The translations under genes were made by a program, and so were the position numbers. A DNA stretch of 64,000 nt from contig CALODV010000013.1 of NCBI GenBank assembly GCA_942492065.1, positions 1,274,543-1,338,542 of the forward strand, written 5' to 3'. Numbering within the stretch: position 1 is the first letter of the stretch; each line of letters begins with the position of its first letter. Shown one piece after another: positions 9,027 through 18,631 of this stretch. The notes under the pieces are model-generated. The model was not told where the DNA came from. It worked only from the letters and a program-made list of their open reading frames with translations, and searched no databases. This DNA comes from Candidatus Cloacimonadales bacterium (lineage in GTDB: Bacteria > Cloacimonadota > Cloacimonadia > Cloacimonadales > JAIOQZ01).

Positions 9027-11453
9027 TTATTCATACTGCAGGGCTTCAGCGGCATTGGTGCGGGATGCTTTCTGCACCATCAGGTATACCGTAGTAAGAC
9101 CTATAAGATAGGTGGCAGCAAACCCGATTACAAAAACTGAAACACTGATATCTATATGAAAGGCAAACTCCGAGAGCCACCAGTTTGTGAGCCTGTAGGT
9201 CGGGTAGATCGCAATAGCATTGGCTATGCTAATAAGAATCAGGAACTCCTTGGTGAACATCAGGATAATGTTGTTCACTTCTGCACCAAACACTTTTCTA
9301 ATTGCCACTTCTTTAGTACGCTGTCTGGTTGTAAATGATGTCAGACCAATCAAGCCCATTGCAGAGATTACAATCGTTAGCAGAGTAAAAAACGCTATGA
9401 TTTTTCCCATATTCATCTCTTTTTTATAAAGAGCATCATATTTCACGTCCAGAAACTCAAACTCAAAAGGTACCTGCGGAACAATCCTGTTCCAGATAGT
9501 CTCAATATCTCTGACAACTTTTCCCGGATTAGACGAGTCGATTCTTATAGCCGTGCTCTTGTTATAATGCGGAAATACATGAATAAGAAGCGGTTCTACA
9601 GCGTTGTGAATTGAGGCATAATTGAAGTCCTTCACTACTCCTACAATCTTACCGACTTTGGGCTCCGGTAGATTATAGGTGTACTCAAAGTCCATACCAA
9701 CCGGATTTTCCAGACCAAGGGCTTTAACTGCTGCTTCATTCAGTATAAAGGCATTGTCAGGATCATTAGGATAATCTCTGGAAAAACCTCTGCCGTCAAT
9801 GACTTCCAGTTTCAATGTCTCCAGCATGTCTATATCTCCGCTGAGAGTTCTGATAGCAAAAATACCTTGAGCTTCCCGTCCTTCCTGTAATGCCTGTTGT
9901 TTCAGGTATTCCATTCTGGCTGACAGCACCGGTACTCGTTCTCCGGGGACAGTACTGAGTCCGGATACAGATTTAATTTCACTCTGATTGAGTAGTTCGT
10001 TTTTGAGAGCATCAAATGACTTATGCGTATATGGCAGGAGAACAACGTTTTCTTTATTGAACCCCAGATCTTTATTTTCAATGTATCTGAGCTGCATGTA
10101 CATGATTGATGATCCGATTATAAGGAATCCGGATATAGAAAACTGCAGGATTACCAGAGCTTTTCGCAGCAAACCCTTGGAGGATTTTACCGATCCCTGA
10201 CTTCCCAGTTTGAGAACATGGAGAGGATTGAACTGAGAAAGTACAACAGCCGGGTAAAATCCTGCAAAAAAACCTGTGATAAGAATCAGTAAGCCAAAAG
10301 TTGTAAGAAATTGCCAGTTAGACAGAAATTCCAGAGTTATGTTTTGCTGCAGCATTTTGTTGAAGAGAGGCAAAGAGAGTTCCACAAAAGCTATGGAAAT
10401 TATCAGTGCAAATGCAACAATAATAACGGATTCCACCAGAAACTGCAGGAAAATATCGCGCTTATCAGCTGAAAAAACTTTTCTTATACCGACTTCTCTG
10501 GCTCGTCTGGTTGATTGTGCCGTTGACAGATTTATGTAGTTGAGAAGGGCAATAAGAAGTACAAGTATTGCCACTGATCCGAATATGTATATGAAATACA
10601 GATTTCCGTTAGGTTCAATCTCTTTCTCCGAATGACCTGTCAGGTGGATTTTCTTCAGGGGGTTGAATATCAGAGTTTGAGAAGACTGTTTCTTTGTTTC
10701 TTCATCAGGTTCCGGTTGATTAGTTAAAGCATAAATATCATTGTTTGCCTGTTGCCTTATTTTTTCAAGATCATCTTTATTATTGAACTTAATGTATGAG
10801 TAAAAGACAGAAGGCCCAGCTTGATCTACACCGGGCCAGCGTTGTCTGAGAGAGTTAAGAGAAATAAATATATCAAAATGGAAATGTGTTTCTTCAGGAA
10901 TATCCTGCATAACTCCGGAAACTTTTACAGGTCCAACCGGAGATTCAAGAACTTTACCTACTGCATTGATGTCCCCAAAGTATTTTATAGCAGTTGACTT
11001 TGTCAGTACTGCAGTTGCCGGTTCAACCAGAGCTGTAGATTTGTTTCCTTGAAGCAGTTCGAAAGAGAATACATCCAAAAAAGTGCTGTCTGCGTAGCAA
11101 ACAGAGTGTTCTACAAACTTTTTATCTTCATAGTTGAGCAGGATCGGGAAGTGCATCTGGTTTATTTTTACTGCTGTGGAGCATTCGGGATATCTATTCT
11201 GCAAAGCCGGTAAAATATCTCCTGTAGTGGCAGCCCATTGTCCCTCAATATCTCCTTGTTTGTATGCAAATTCAATACGACAGATATTGTCATAGTTTTT
11301 GAAAAATCTGTCGTAACTTAGTTCTTTCTGGATGAACAAGGCGATTAAAAGGCAAACAGCAATACCCAGGGAAAGTCCCAGAATATTGATAATAGAATAA
11401 ATCTTATTTCTTGAAAAACTGCGGAAAGCAGTCACAATGAAATTCTGCAGCAT
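9027..11453 (-). CDS. ABC transporter permease, FtsX/MacB-like, with two FtsX domains
   Basis: 808 aa. N-terminus MLQNFIVTAFRSFSRNKIYSIINILGLSLGIAVCLLI. Large periplasmic domains and two 4-TM FtsX modules. No cognate ATPase gene is adjacent. Confidence 0.85.
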   Translation of the reverse strand: MLQNFIVTAFRSFSRNKIYSIINILGLSLGIAVCLLIALFIQKELSYDRFFKNYDNICRIEFAYKQGDIEGQWAATTGDILPALQNRYPECSTAVKINQMHFPILLNYEDKKFVEHSVCYADSTFLDVFSFELLQGNKSTALVEPATAVLTKSTAIKYFGDINAVGKVLESPVGPVKVSGVMQDIPEETHFHFDIFISLNSLRQRWPGVDQAGPSVFYSYIKFNNKDDLEKIRQQANNDIYALTNQPEPDEETKKQSSQTLIFNPLKKIHLTGHSEKEIEPNGNLYFIYIFGSVAILVLLIALLNYINLSTAQSTRRAREVGIRKVFSADKRDIFLQFLVESVIIVAFALIISIAFVELSLPLFNKMLQQNITLEFLSNWQFLTTFGLLILITGFFAGFYPAVVLSQFNPLHVLKLGSQGSVKSSKGLLRKALVILQFSISGFLIIGSSIMYMQLRYIENKDLGFNKENVVLLPYTHKSFDALKNELLNQSEIKSVSGLSTVPGERVPVLSARMEYLKQQALQEGREAQGIFAIRTLSGDIDMLETLKLEVIDGRGFSRDYPNDPDNAFILNEAAVKALGLENPVGMDFEYTYNLPEPKVGKIVGVVKDFNYASIHNAVEPLLIHVFPHYNKSTAIRIDSSNPGKVVRDIETIWNRIVPQVPFEFEFLDVKYDALYKKEMNMGKIIAFFTLLTIVISAMGLIGLTSFTTRQRTKEVAIRKVFGAEVNNIILMFTKEFLILISIANAIAIYPTYRLTNWWLSEFAFHIDISVSVFVIGFAATYLIGLTTVYLMVQKASRTNAAEALQYE

Positions 11454-11652
11454 AAAGACTCCGAAAGTTTTTATTATATTAATGCAAATTCTGTGCCGTA
11501 CGTGTAATTAATGTATATGTAGAAGTTTAGCTATTGATAAGGCGATGCTCAAATGCACGTATACGGACATATATGTCCGCTGGTGTACATGCATAATAAA
11601 TTTTTACTTGAAAATAATTCGCAGAGTCTTTAATTTATACTTGAGGAAAAAA

Positions 11653-11925
11653 ATGAGAATAGATCAGTTGTTAAACACATTATGTCTTGTAAAAACGAGA
11701 TCAATCGCCAAGAAAGCTTGTGACAAAGGTTTAGTGCGAGTAAATGGCAAGCAGGCAAAGTCATCTGCAAAAGTATCTGAGAATGATACAATTGAGTATG
11801 ATTTGTTTGGGCATAGAACAAATATAACAATCAGGACAATCCCGACAGGAAACGTTTCTAAGAAAAGTGCACCGGAATATTATACAATGAACTTCAGAGA
11901 TAAGATGGACATTCCGGAAAGCTGA
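11653..11925 (+). CDS. S4-domain RNA-binding protein
   Basis: MRIDQLLNTLCLVKTRSIAKKACDKGLVRVNGKQAKSSAKV is an S4 alpha-L motif. ATG 11653 is preferred over the longer track ORF starting at 11545. Confidence 0.7.
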   Translation: MRIDQLLNTLCLVKTRSIAKKACDKGLVRVNGKQAKSSAKVSENDTIEYDLFGHRTNITIRTIPTGNVSKKSAPEYYTMNFRDKMDIPES

Positions 11926-11933
11926 GGAATATT

Positions 11934-13334
11934 ATGGATAGACTGAATATCTTGATTCTCGATGATGCTCCTGCTATCAGAGAGATTTTTCTGGATTTCT
12001 GTGAAGATAATGACTATCATGGATTCACAGCATCGAATCCTGATGAAGCCTTCAGAATTCTCAGTAAGGAAAACATCGATATCATGCTTCTTGATATTGT
12101 TCTACCCGGAATGAACGGGATTGAAGTCCTCAAGATTGTTAAGGAAAAATACCCTAAGATTGAAGTGATAATGATTTCCGGAAGCTATAATGACAGTAAT
12201 ATTATTCAGTCTATGCGGCTTGGAGCACTGGATTTCTTTGTTAAACCATTCAGAATGCTGGATGTTCAGTCGGCAATAGAACGGACCAAAAAGTTTATTC
12301 GTCTGAATAGTGAGCTCAAGAATATTGAAATGAATTTTTCTCTGCTTTCTCAGGAATTGCAGGATAAGATAGGTTTCAATATTATTGGTAAAAGCAAGGC
12401 TATAAAGAAAGTGGTCGAGCTTGTCTCCAAGGTTACAGATGCAGATGACACTTCTGTAATGATAATAGGGGAAAGCGGTACAGGAAAGGAACTTGTAGCT
12501 CGCGGTATACATTTTCTCAGTAATCGAAGGAGAAAGTATTTCTTTCCTGTTAACTGTTCGGCTGTGTCGGGTACTCTTTTTGAAAGTGAGTTCTTTGGTC
12601 ATAAGAAAGGTTCTTTCACAGGTGCTACAGAAGACAGAGTCGGTTGGTTTGAAGCGGCTGAAGGTGGAACTTTGTTTCTGGATGAGATTGGGGACATGCC
12701 GTTGGAACTTCAAACAAAGCTTTTAAGGGTTCTGGATGACAGAAAGATAAAGAAAGTTGGATCAAATCTGGAAATTCCCATTGATACCAGAATAATATCT
12801 GCAACTAACAGAGATCTGGTAGATCTGGTGGAATCGAGGAAGTTCAGGCTTGATCTATTCCATCGATTGAACACTTTTAATATATCAATACCACCTCTTA
12901 GAGAAAGAAAAGAAGATATACCGTTGCTGATAGACTATTTCATGCAGAAGTATGCCGAAAAACTCAGAAAACAGGTTTATGAGGTTCATCCTGATGTCTA
13001 CAGTGCTTTGATGGACTATCCGTTTACCGGAAATATCAGAGAGCTGAAGAACATGGTTGAAAGAGCAGTAATTCTGGCAGATTCCGAAGTCCTTAAACTG
13101 GAATTCTTTGGTATGTCCGGAAGCAGTATGGCTGTTCCTGAGAAGCAGAAAGCTTTTGAGGGAGAACATTCTCTACTGTCTGAAACTCTTGATCTGGCTA
13201 AGCTTGAGAAAAAGGCTGTAATAATGGCTTTAAAGAAAACTGATTACAACAAGTCTCAGGCTGCAAAATTACTGAATATTACCTGGAACTCTCTCGATAG
13301 AAGAATGAAAAAATACGATTTGTCAGTTGATTAG
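11934..13334 (+). CDS. Sigma-54-dependent response regulator (NtrC family)
   Basis: Receiver domain (MLLDIVLPGMNG). AAA+ sigma-54 interaction domain (GESGTGKELVARGIH, ESEFFGHKKGSFTGA, LFLDEIGDM). C-terminal Fis-type HTH (NKSQAAKLLNITWNSLDRRMKKY). Confidence 0.93.
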   Translation: MDRLNILILDDAPAIREIFLDFCEDNDYHGFTASNPDEAFRILSKENIDIMLLDIVLPGMNGIEVLKIVKEKYPKIEVIMISGSYNDSNIIQSMRLGALDFFVKPFRMLDVQSAIERTKKFIRLNSELKNIEMNFSLLSQELQDKIGFNIIGKSKAIKKVVELVSKVTDADDTSVMIIGESGTGKELVARGIHFLSNRRRKYFFPVNCSAVSGTLFESEFFGHKKGSFTGATEDRVGWFEAAEGGTLFLDEIGDMPLELQTKLLRVLDDRKIKKVGSNLEIPIDTRIISATNRDLVDLVESRKFRLDLFHRLNTFNISIPPLRERKEDIPLLIDYFMQKYAEKLRKQVYEVHPDVYSALMDYPFTGNIRELKNMVERAVILADSEVLKLEFFGMSGSSMAVPEKQKAFEGEHSLLSETLDLAKLEKKAVIMALKKTDYNKSQAAKLLNITWNSLDRRMKKYDLSVD

Positions 13335-13342
13335 GTTTTAAG

Positions 13343-13774
13343 ATGAGATTATGGTCGCTGAGTTTCGAATATCTGGATGCAAAAGGACTTGTTGCATTGT
13401 GGAGAGAAGGATTACTGGCAAGAAAAGTTTTGATGAACCAGACCAAAGGCTACAAAAATCATCCACAATTGATAAGGTTCAAAAATCTTGATAACCCTGT
13501 GGATGGTATTAATCAGTATTTACACATTGTTGTTGATGAAGCAGATAGAAGAGGGTATAGTTTTAAACGGGATAAACTGGAGGAAGCTCAGTATAAGCAG
13601 GAGATTTTAGTTACAACAGGCCAGATAGAATACGAAAAAGAACATTTAATGAACAAACTCAAGGAAAGAGATTATGATAGATACGTTATATACAGGGATG
13701 TGGTAAAGGTAGAAGTTGCTAAGATGTTCAAAGTTATTGAGGGTAATATTGAAAGTTGGGAAATAATTAAGTAG
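13343..13774 (+). CDS. Pyrimidine dimer DNA glycosylase / endonuclease V-like family protein
   Basis: The N-terminus MRLWSLSFEYLDAKGLVALWREGLLARKVL matches the conserved start of the Pyr_excise-type family as I recall it. Confidence 0.7.
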   Translation: MRLWSLSFEYLDAKGLVALWREGLLARKVLMNQTKGYKNHPQLIRFKNLDNPVDGINQYLHIVVDEADRRGYSFKRDKLEEAQYKQEILVTTGQIEYEKEHLMNKLKERDYDRYVIYRDVVKVEVAKMFKVIEGNIESWEIIK

Positions 13775-13837
13775 TAAAAATAATTATATTGCATTTATTT
13801 TTGAATGAACCTATTTTATTGAAAAGTAGTTGGAGTA

Positions 13838-15163
13838 ATGATGAGTAATAGAAAATATTATGCAATAGTGTTAGCGATTCTGTCTTTAGCTTATATTTCT
13901 CTGCTGATGTATTCGATAAAGAGCTATTATGATAAAATTGAAAGTCTTAAGCAGGACTCTATACATGGGTTGGCAAACAAGATATATATAACCACAAATG
14001 CTTATGAGAATTTGGCGAAACTACTGTTCGATGATCATATTGATGATACGGAAATAGAAGAGATAATGTATAAGGCAGACAGAACGGTAGATGAAACAGA
14101 AAAGAACAGATTACGAGACCGACTATTCCATTTGAACGAAAAACTGTATACATTGCTGAAAAGATACAATTTCCGTCAGCTTCACTATCATTTATCATCT
14201 ACTGAAAGCTATCTCAGGATGCACAGACCTAAAAAATATGGTGATACTCTCGGTACTGCCAGAATGACAGTGTTAAAAGCTAATAGAGAAATGGTTTTCC
14301 AGAAGGGCTTTGAAGAGGGTCGGATTTTTAATGGATACAGATATGTGTTTCCATTGACCTATCAAGGAAAGCATTCGGGCACTATGGAGATAAGTTTTTC
14401 TATTGCAATGCTTATAAACAATCTTGAGAAACTCTTTGCTAATGATTATCATTTTGTAATTTCCAAAGACATTGTTGATAAAAAAGTGTTTAAGGAAGAA
14501 AGAGTTATAAACTATAAAGTATGCGAAATCTCAGACAAATTTTATATTGATAAAAACGCTATCAGCTCCAATATTTACAATGTTTTTGCTGATGCTAAAT
14601 TCAATTCTATCCTGAAGAATCACTGTAAGAAAAGTATAGAAGAATTCATTCCGTTTTGTCACACTGTAAAAGTTAATGAAACCCTTAAACTTGTTACAGG
14701 AATGCCGGTTAAGAATAATGAGGGAGGGAACTTTGGGTTTATATTACAGCTTTCTGAGGACACCGAAAGATTTATCAATTTCAGGACAGCTTTATATCTG
14801 GCAATTACAGGTCTAACGTTAGTTTTTGTTTTAGTTTTGATTATTACTTACATTATCAGAAAACATAGTAAAAAGTCTTTGGAGCTGTCACGATTACAGG
14901 CAGCCAATGCAATGAGTATTACAGCAAGTCATGAGATTAATCAGCCTCTTGAAATAATCCTGATGAACAGTGAGCTTCTGGAAATGACTAACTCGCTTGA
15001 TGAAAAAGGTGTGAAGAAGGTAAGAAATATTGGTGAGTCAGTCAGAAGAATAAAAGATATCTTGAACAGGATGCTGAATATTGATCACATTGAACTGGAG
15101 AAATACACAGATACGGAAGATATGGTAAACTTGAATAGATCTATGGAGGAGAGGGATAAGTAA
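13838..15163 (+). CDS. Membrane sensor with Cache-like periplasmic domain and HisKA-like DHp domain but no HATPase domain
   Basis: Two TM segments. Cache-like YHLSSTESYLRMHRPKKYGDTL. H-box ITASHEINQPLEIILMNSELL. The protein ends about 70 aa after the H-box with no N/G1/G2 boxes. Confidence 0.75.
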   Translation: MMSNRKYYAIVLAILSLAYISLLMYSIKSYYDKIESLKQDSIHGLANKIYITTNAYENLAKLLFDDHIDDTEIEEIMYKADRTVDETEKNRLRDRLFHLNEKLYTLLKRYNFRQLHYHLSSTESYLRMHRPKKYGDTLGTARMTVLKANREMVFQKGFEEGRIFNGYRYVFPLTYQGKHSGTMEISFSIAMLINNLEKLFANDYHFVISKDIVDKKVFKEERVINYKVCEISDKFYIDKNAISSNIYNVFADAKFNSILKNHCKKSIEEFIPFCHTVKVNETLKLVTGMPVKNNEGGNFGFILQLSEDTERFINFRTALYLAITGLTLVFVLVLIITYIIRKHSKKSLELSRLQAANAMSITASHEINQPLEIILMNSELLEMTNSLDEKGVKKVRNIGESVRRIKDILNRMLNIDHIELEKYTDTEDMVNLNRSMEERDK

Positions 15164-15276
15164 TATTACTTCATATGAGTTCCTTTGTTTCAATATATGC
15201 CTTGACTTGTATTTAGTCGACTAACAATCTGTCATATTATCAGATGATGTGATTACGATCAAATACAGGAGCAATA

Positions 15277-16317
15277 ATGGCTAAATTCATTTACTTTGCA
15301 ATGGGTAAGATAAAGGATCAGACTATTGCACCGTCAAGAAGAATGAAGTTCATTTACGATGGATTCAAGAAACTTGATATGGATATGCTTTTTGTTGGAG
15401 GAACCAGACAAGAACGGAACAGAATGGCTAGAAGTATAATTTTTTCGGGTGAATACAAAGAAGTCGAAACCGGATATATAGAAACATCAAATGCGGGTAT
15501 GGTTCTATGGGAATTTATTTTATTAGTGTTACTTAAATGGAATGGGGCATATATTTCTGTTTTTATTAGAGATGCTTATCCTTTTTTCAAGGAGTATTGG
15601 AGAAACAGAGGCTTTAAATTATTGGCAGCTAACATACTATGGCTTGTAAGTATTATTGTTTACAGTTCAACTTGTAAAATATTTTATTTCCCATCAGAAG
15701 GTCTAGGTAATTTGTTCAGAATGAAAAATAGAAGAGTATTGAGACCAGGTATTGATCATATTGTGTCCGGTTTAACGGAGAGAAGTAAGACTATATTCTA
15801 TGCTGGAGGAGTTACTGGTCAATATGATATGGATACATTCTTAGTAGCTTGTGAAGGTTTGAGAAGCAAATATGATATTAAAGTATTAGTTTACTGTCGA
15901 TCTTATAGTAGAGAAAATGTAAAAAAATGGTTAAGTAAAGATTGGATTAAAGTTGAACATAAAACATTGGAACAACTTAATTTTAAACCTCTGTGTGGAA
16001 TTATTCCATTAAAGCGTAACAAGCATACAGAAGTTGCATTTGCTGTAAAGTTGCTTGATTATGTTAAATTAGGAGTTCCTATAGTAGCATCTGATACTAC
16101 CACAATAAAGGATTACATCTTGGAAAAGGGAATTGGAGTAATATGTAAGGCTGAAAACGTTAAAAGCTATATTGAGCAGATTGAAATGCTGTTAACAAAT
16201 CCCAAACTTCATGGTAAGCTATCTAAAAACGTGGAAAAACTACAAGAAGATCCAGAAATCTACTGGGACTCTATCTGTGAGCGAATTATGAGAGATTTAA
16301 GAAAAGGAAAAATATGA
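15277..16317 (+). CDS. Glycosyltransferase (GT-B/GT4-like C-terminal domain)
   Basis: RBS AGGAG. The C-terminal part (VKLLDYVKLGVPIVASDTTTIKDYILEKGIGV) resembles group-1 glycosyltransferases. ATGA start/stop overlap with the next gene. Confidence 0.6.
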   Translation: MAKFIYFAMGKIKDQTIAPSRRMKFIYDGFKKLDMDMLFVGGTRQERNRMARSIIFSGEYKEVETGYIETSNAGMVLWEFILLVLLKWNGAYISVFIRDAYPFFKEYWRNRGFKLLAANILWLVSIIVYSSTCKIFYFPSEGLGNLFRMKNRRVLRPGIDHIVSGLTERSKTIFYAGGVTGQYDMDTFLVACEGLRSKYDIKVLVYCRSYSRENVKKWLSKDWIKVEHKTLEQLNFKPLCGIIPLKRNKHTEVAFAVKLLDYVKLGVPIVASDTTTIKDYILEKGIGVICKAENVKSYIEQIEMLLTNPKLHGKLSKNVEKLQEDPEIYWDSICERIMRDLRKGKI

Positions 16318-17405
16318 GAAAGCTTATTCTTCTTAGCGATGCATCTAATATTCATACGCAGAAATGGGCTGTATATTTCAGAGATAGAAACTTTGAAGTC
16401 CACATTATCACCTTGTTGCCGTCTGTAATACAAGGTGTTGAGATTCATTTGATTAAATCCAAAGCATATGCAGCAAGAAAAAACAACATGGAGTATAATA
16501 AATTCAAGGTATTGATTGAAGCTGTACCACAGGTAAGGAAATTGATAAAGAGAATTAAGCCTGATTTAGTACACGCTCACTTTGCATCAAGTTATGGTCT
16601 TTTCGGAGCATTATCCGGATTTCATCCATATTTAGTATCTGTATGGGGGTATGATACAATAAGATTCCCGGAAACATCTGCAATTCATAAGAGTATCATT
16701 AAGTATGTTCTTAAGAAAGCTGATAGAATCTTTGCTACATCAGAATTCCTTGCAGAAAAGACAGCGAGATATACAGATAAAGAGATGGTAATAACTCCTT
16801 TTGGTGTTGATATTGATTTGTTTAAGCCTGTACCTAAGGAAAAGTCAGATAAATTTATTTTTGGAACAGTTAAAGCACTTGAAGTGAAGTATGGTATTGA
16901 CTATCTATTAGAGGCTGTTGCCAAAATTAAGGATAAGATAAGCAATTGGGAATTGTGGATAGTTGGTACCGGAACCCAGAGAGACGAACTTATCAAATTA
17001 TCTGAAAAACTGGGTATTTCTGATAATGTCAAGTTTTTGGGAAGAATTCCGAACAAGGAAGTACCAAAGGTTATACAGCAGATGGAAATTTTTACTGTTA
17101 CTTCAGTTTTTAGTGATGAATCCTTTGGGGTAGCTGCAGTTGAGGCTTCGGCAATGCAAGTACCTGTTATAGCTTCAAGATTGGGTGGATTGACGGAAGT
17201 TGTTATTAATAATCTTACCGGCTATCATGTTGAAGCAAGAAACTCAGATCAGATTGCTGATAAAATCATGAGTTTGTATGCAAATGCTGAACTTAGAAGA
17301 TCATTTGGGAAAAATGGCAGGGAAAACGTAATTAAAAAATACGTGTGGAAGGAAAATGCTGAAATTATGTATAATGAATATATCTTACAAATGAATGAGA
17401 ATTAG
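16314..17405 (+). CDS. Glycosyltransferase family 4
   Basis: GT4 architecture: ...HAHFASSYG..., and C-terminal ESFGVAAVEASAMQVPVIASRLGGLTEVV (E-x7-E region). Confidence 0.85.
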   Translation: MRKLILLSDASNIHTQKWAVYFRDRNFEVHIITLLPSVIQGVEIHLIKSKAYAARKNNMEYNKFKVLIEAVPQVRKLIKRIKPDLVHAHFASSYGLFGALSGFHPYLVSVWGYDTIRFPETSAIHKSIIKYVLKKADRIFATSEFLAEKTARYTDKEMVITPFGVDIDLFKPVPKEKSDKFIFGTVKALEVKYGIDYLLEAVAKIKDKISNWELWIVGTGTQRDELIKLSEKLGISDNVKFLGRIPNKEVPKVIQQMEIFTVTSVFSDESFGVAAVEASAMQVPVIASRLGGLTEVVINNLTGYHVEARNSDQIADKIMSLYANAELRRSFGKNGRENVIKKYVWKENAEIMYNEYILQMNEN

Positions 17406-17411
17406 TACTTT

Positions 17412-18631
17412 ATGAAGATTTTATATATTTCTCAATATTTTTTTCCTGAAGTTGGAGCGACGACCAACAGAGCTAAAGCCAATGTTGAATATTTAGCTTC
17501 GAAAGGTCATGATGTGACAGTCCTTACTGAAATGCCTAACCATCCTAAAGGAATAATCTTTGATGGGTACAAGGGCAAGGTCTTAATGTCCGAACAGATT
17601 AATGGATATTTTGTTAATAGAGTCTGGGTCTATACATCCAGAAAAAAAACATTTTTGACCAGATTGCTATTTTACTCTTCATTTATGTTCATGGGAGTAA
17701 TTAGTGCAATCATTAATTGGAAAAATACGATGTGGTTTACGTTACATCTCCTCCACTTTTTGTCGGACCCATCGGGATCATCCTGAAAAAACTCTTTTCT
17801 AAAACCAAGTTCATTTTTGAAGTTAGAGATTTATGGCCTGACTCAGCAATTGAAATTGGAGAGTTGAGCAATACGCGAGCAATTAAAATGAGCTACGCTC
17901 TGGAAAATAAACTATACAAAACTGCAGATCATATTGTGGCCGTTACTGATAGTATTAGAAAAGATATAATCAACAAAGGTGTTTCACCAGAAAAGGTCAC
18001 ATTACTTTATAACGGAACAGATTTACTGATTTCCAGACAGAATCCTGATGAAGTTATATCCAGGAAGTATGATATTACTAATCATTTCACATTGTTATAT
18101 GCCGGTAACATAGGTTTGGCTCAGAACTTGAGAACAGTAATTGATGCAGTTGCACCATTAAGAGATAAGAATATACAGTTATTGATTGTAGGCACAGGCC
18201 CGGAAGAAAAACTTCTCAAAGGATATGTGCACAGTCAGAAAATTGGAAATGTCAAGTTTGTTGGCGAGGTTCCCAGAGGAGATATCGGAAAATACTATGC
18301 AGTTGCTGATTGCGGTATTGTACCATTAAGGAATGTAAGAGTTTTCGAGAGAGCACTTCCTTCAAAACTTTTCGATTATATGTCTGTGGATTTGCCAATT
18401 CTTGCCGGCTTAAAAGGTGAAGCAAAAGTATTATTGGAAGAAACAAACACAGGTATTTGCTTTGAGCCGGACAGTGTTACAGATTTAAGAGAAAAAGTGA
18501 GTTACTTGTATGAAAATCCTGAAGTTTTTAAGAAAATGTCGTGTAATGGATATAAGACGGTTAAAGAAAAGTTCTATAGAAAGGATATAGCTGAGAAACT
18601 TGAAAAGCTGTTGTTTACATTATTGGATTGA
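17412..18631 (+). pseudogene. WbuB-like GT4 glycosyltransferase split by a frameshift in an A5 run (17721-17725)
   Basis: ORF 17412-17786 (MKILYISQYFFPEVGATTNRA...) and ORF 17717-18631 (..YDVVYVTSPPLFVG...) are the two halves of one GT4. Adding one A gives ...IINWKKYDVVYVTSPPLF... as a continuous protein of about 406 aa. Confidence 0.8.

Noticed and set aside
11545-11652. An upstream extension of the S4-domain ORF (the track gives 126 aa).
   Set aside because: The extension is Cys/Tyr/Ile-rich with no family similarity. The conserved S4 N-terminus begins at MRIDQLL (ATG 11653).
12102-12713. A 203-aa ORF antisense to the NtrC-type regulator. Similar long antisense ORFs occur at 40074-40556 (pstA), 43785-44243 (phoR), 36072-36425 (ABC ATPase), 46360-46779 (pepT) and 32191-32688 (TRAP permease).
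   Set aside because: Each lies entirely opposite a gene with strong family motifs, has low-complexity or odd composition, and lacks a ribosome-binding site. These are shadow ORFs.
11400-15300. Sigma-54 (-24/-12, TGGCAC-N5-TTGC) promoters near the NtrC-type regulator. The regions upstream of the ADH, glnA and ABC ATPase genes were also checked.
   Set aside because: I found no convincing match by eye; TGGCAT at about 35460 lacks a TTGC element. A position-weight-matrix scan would be needed.
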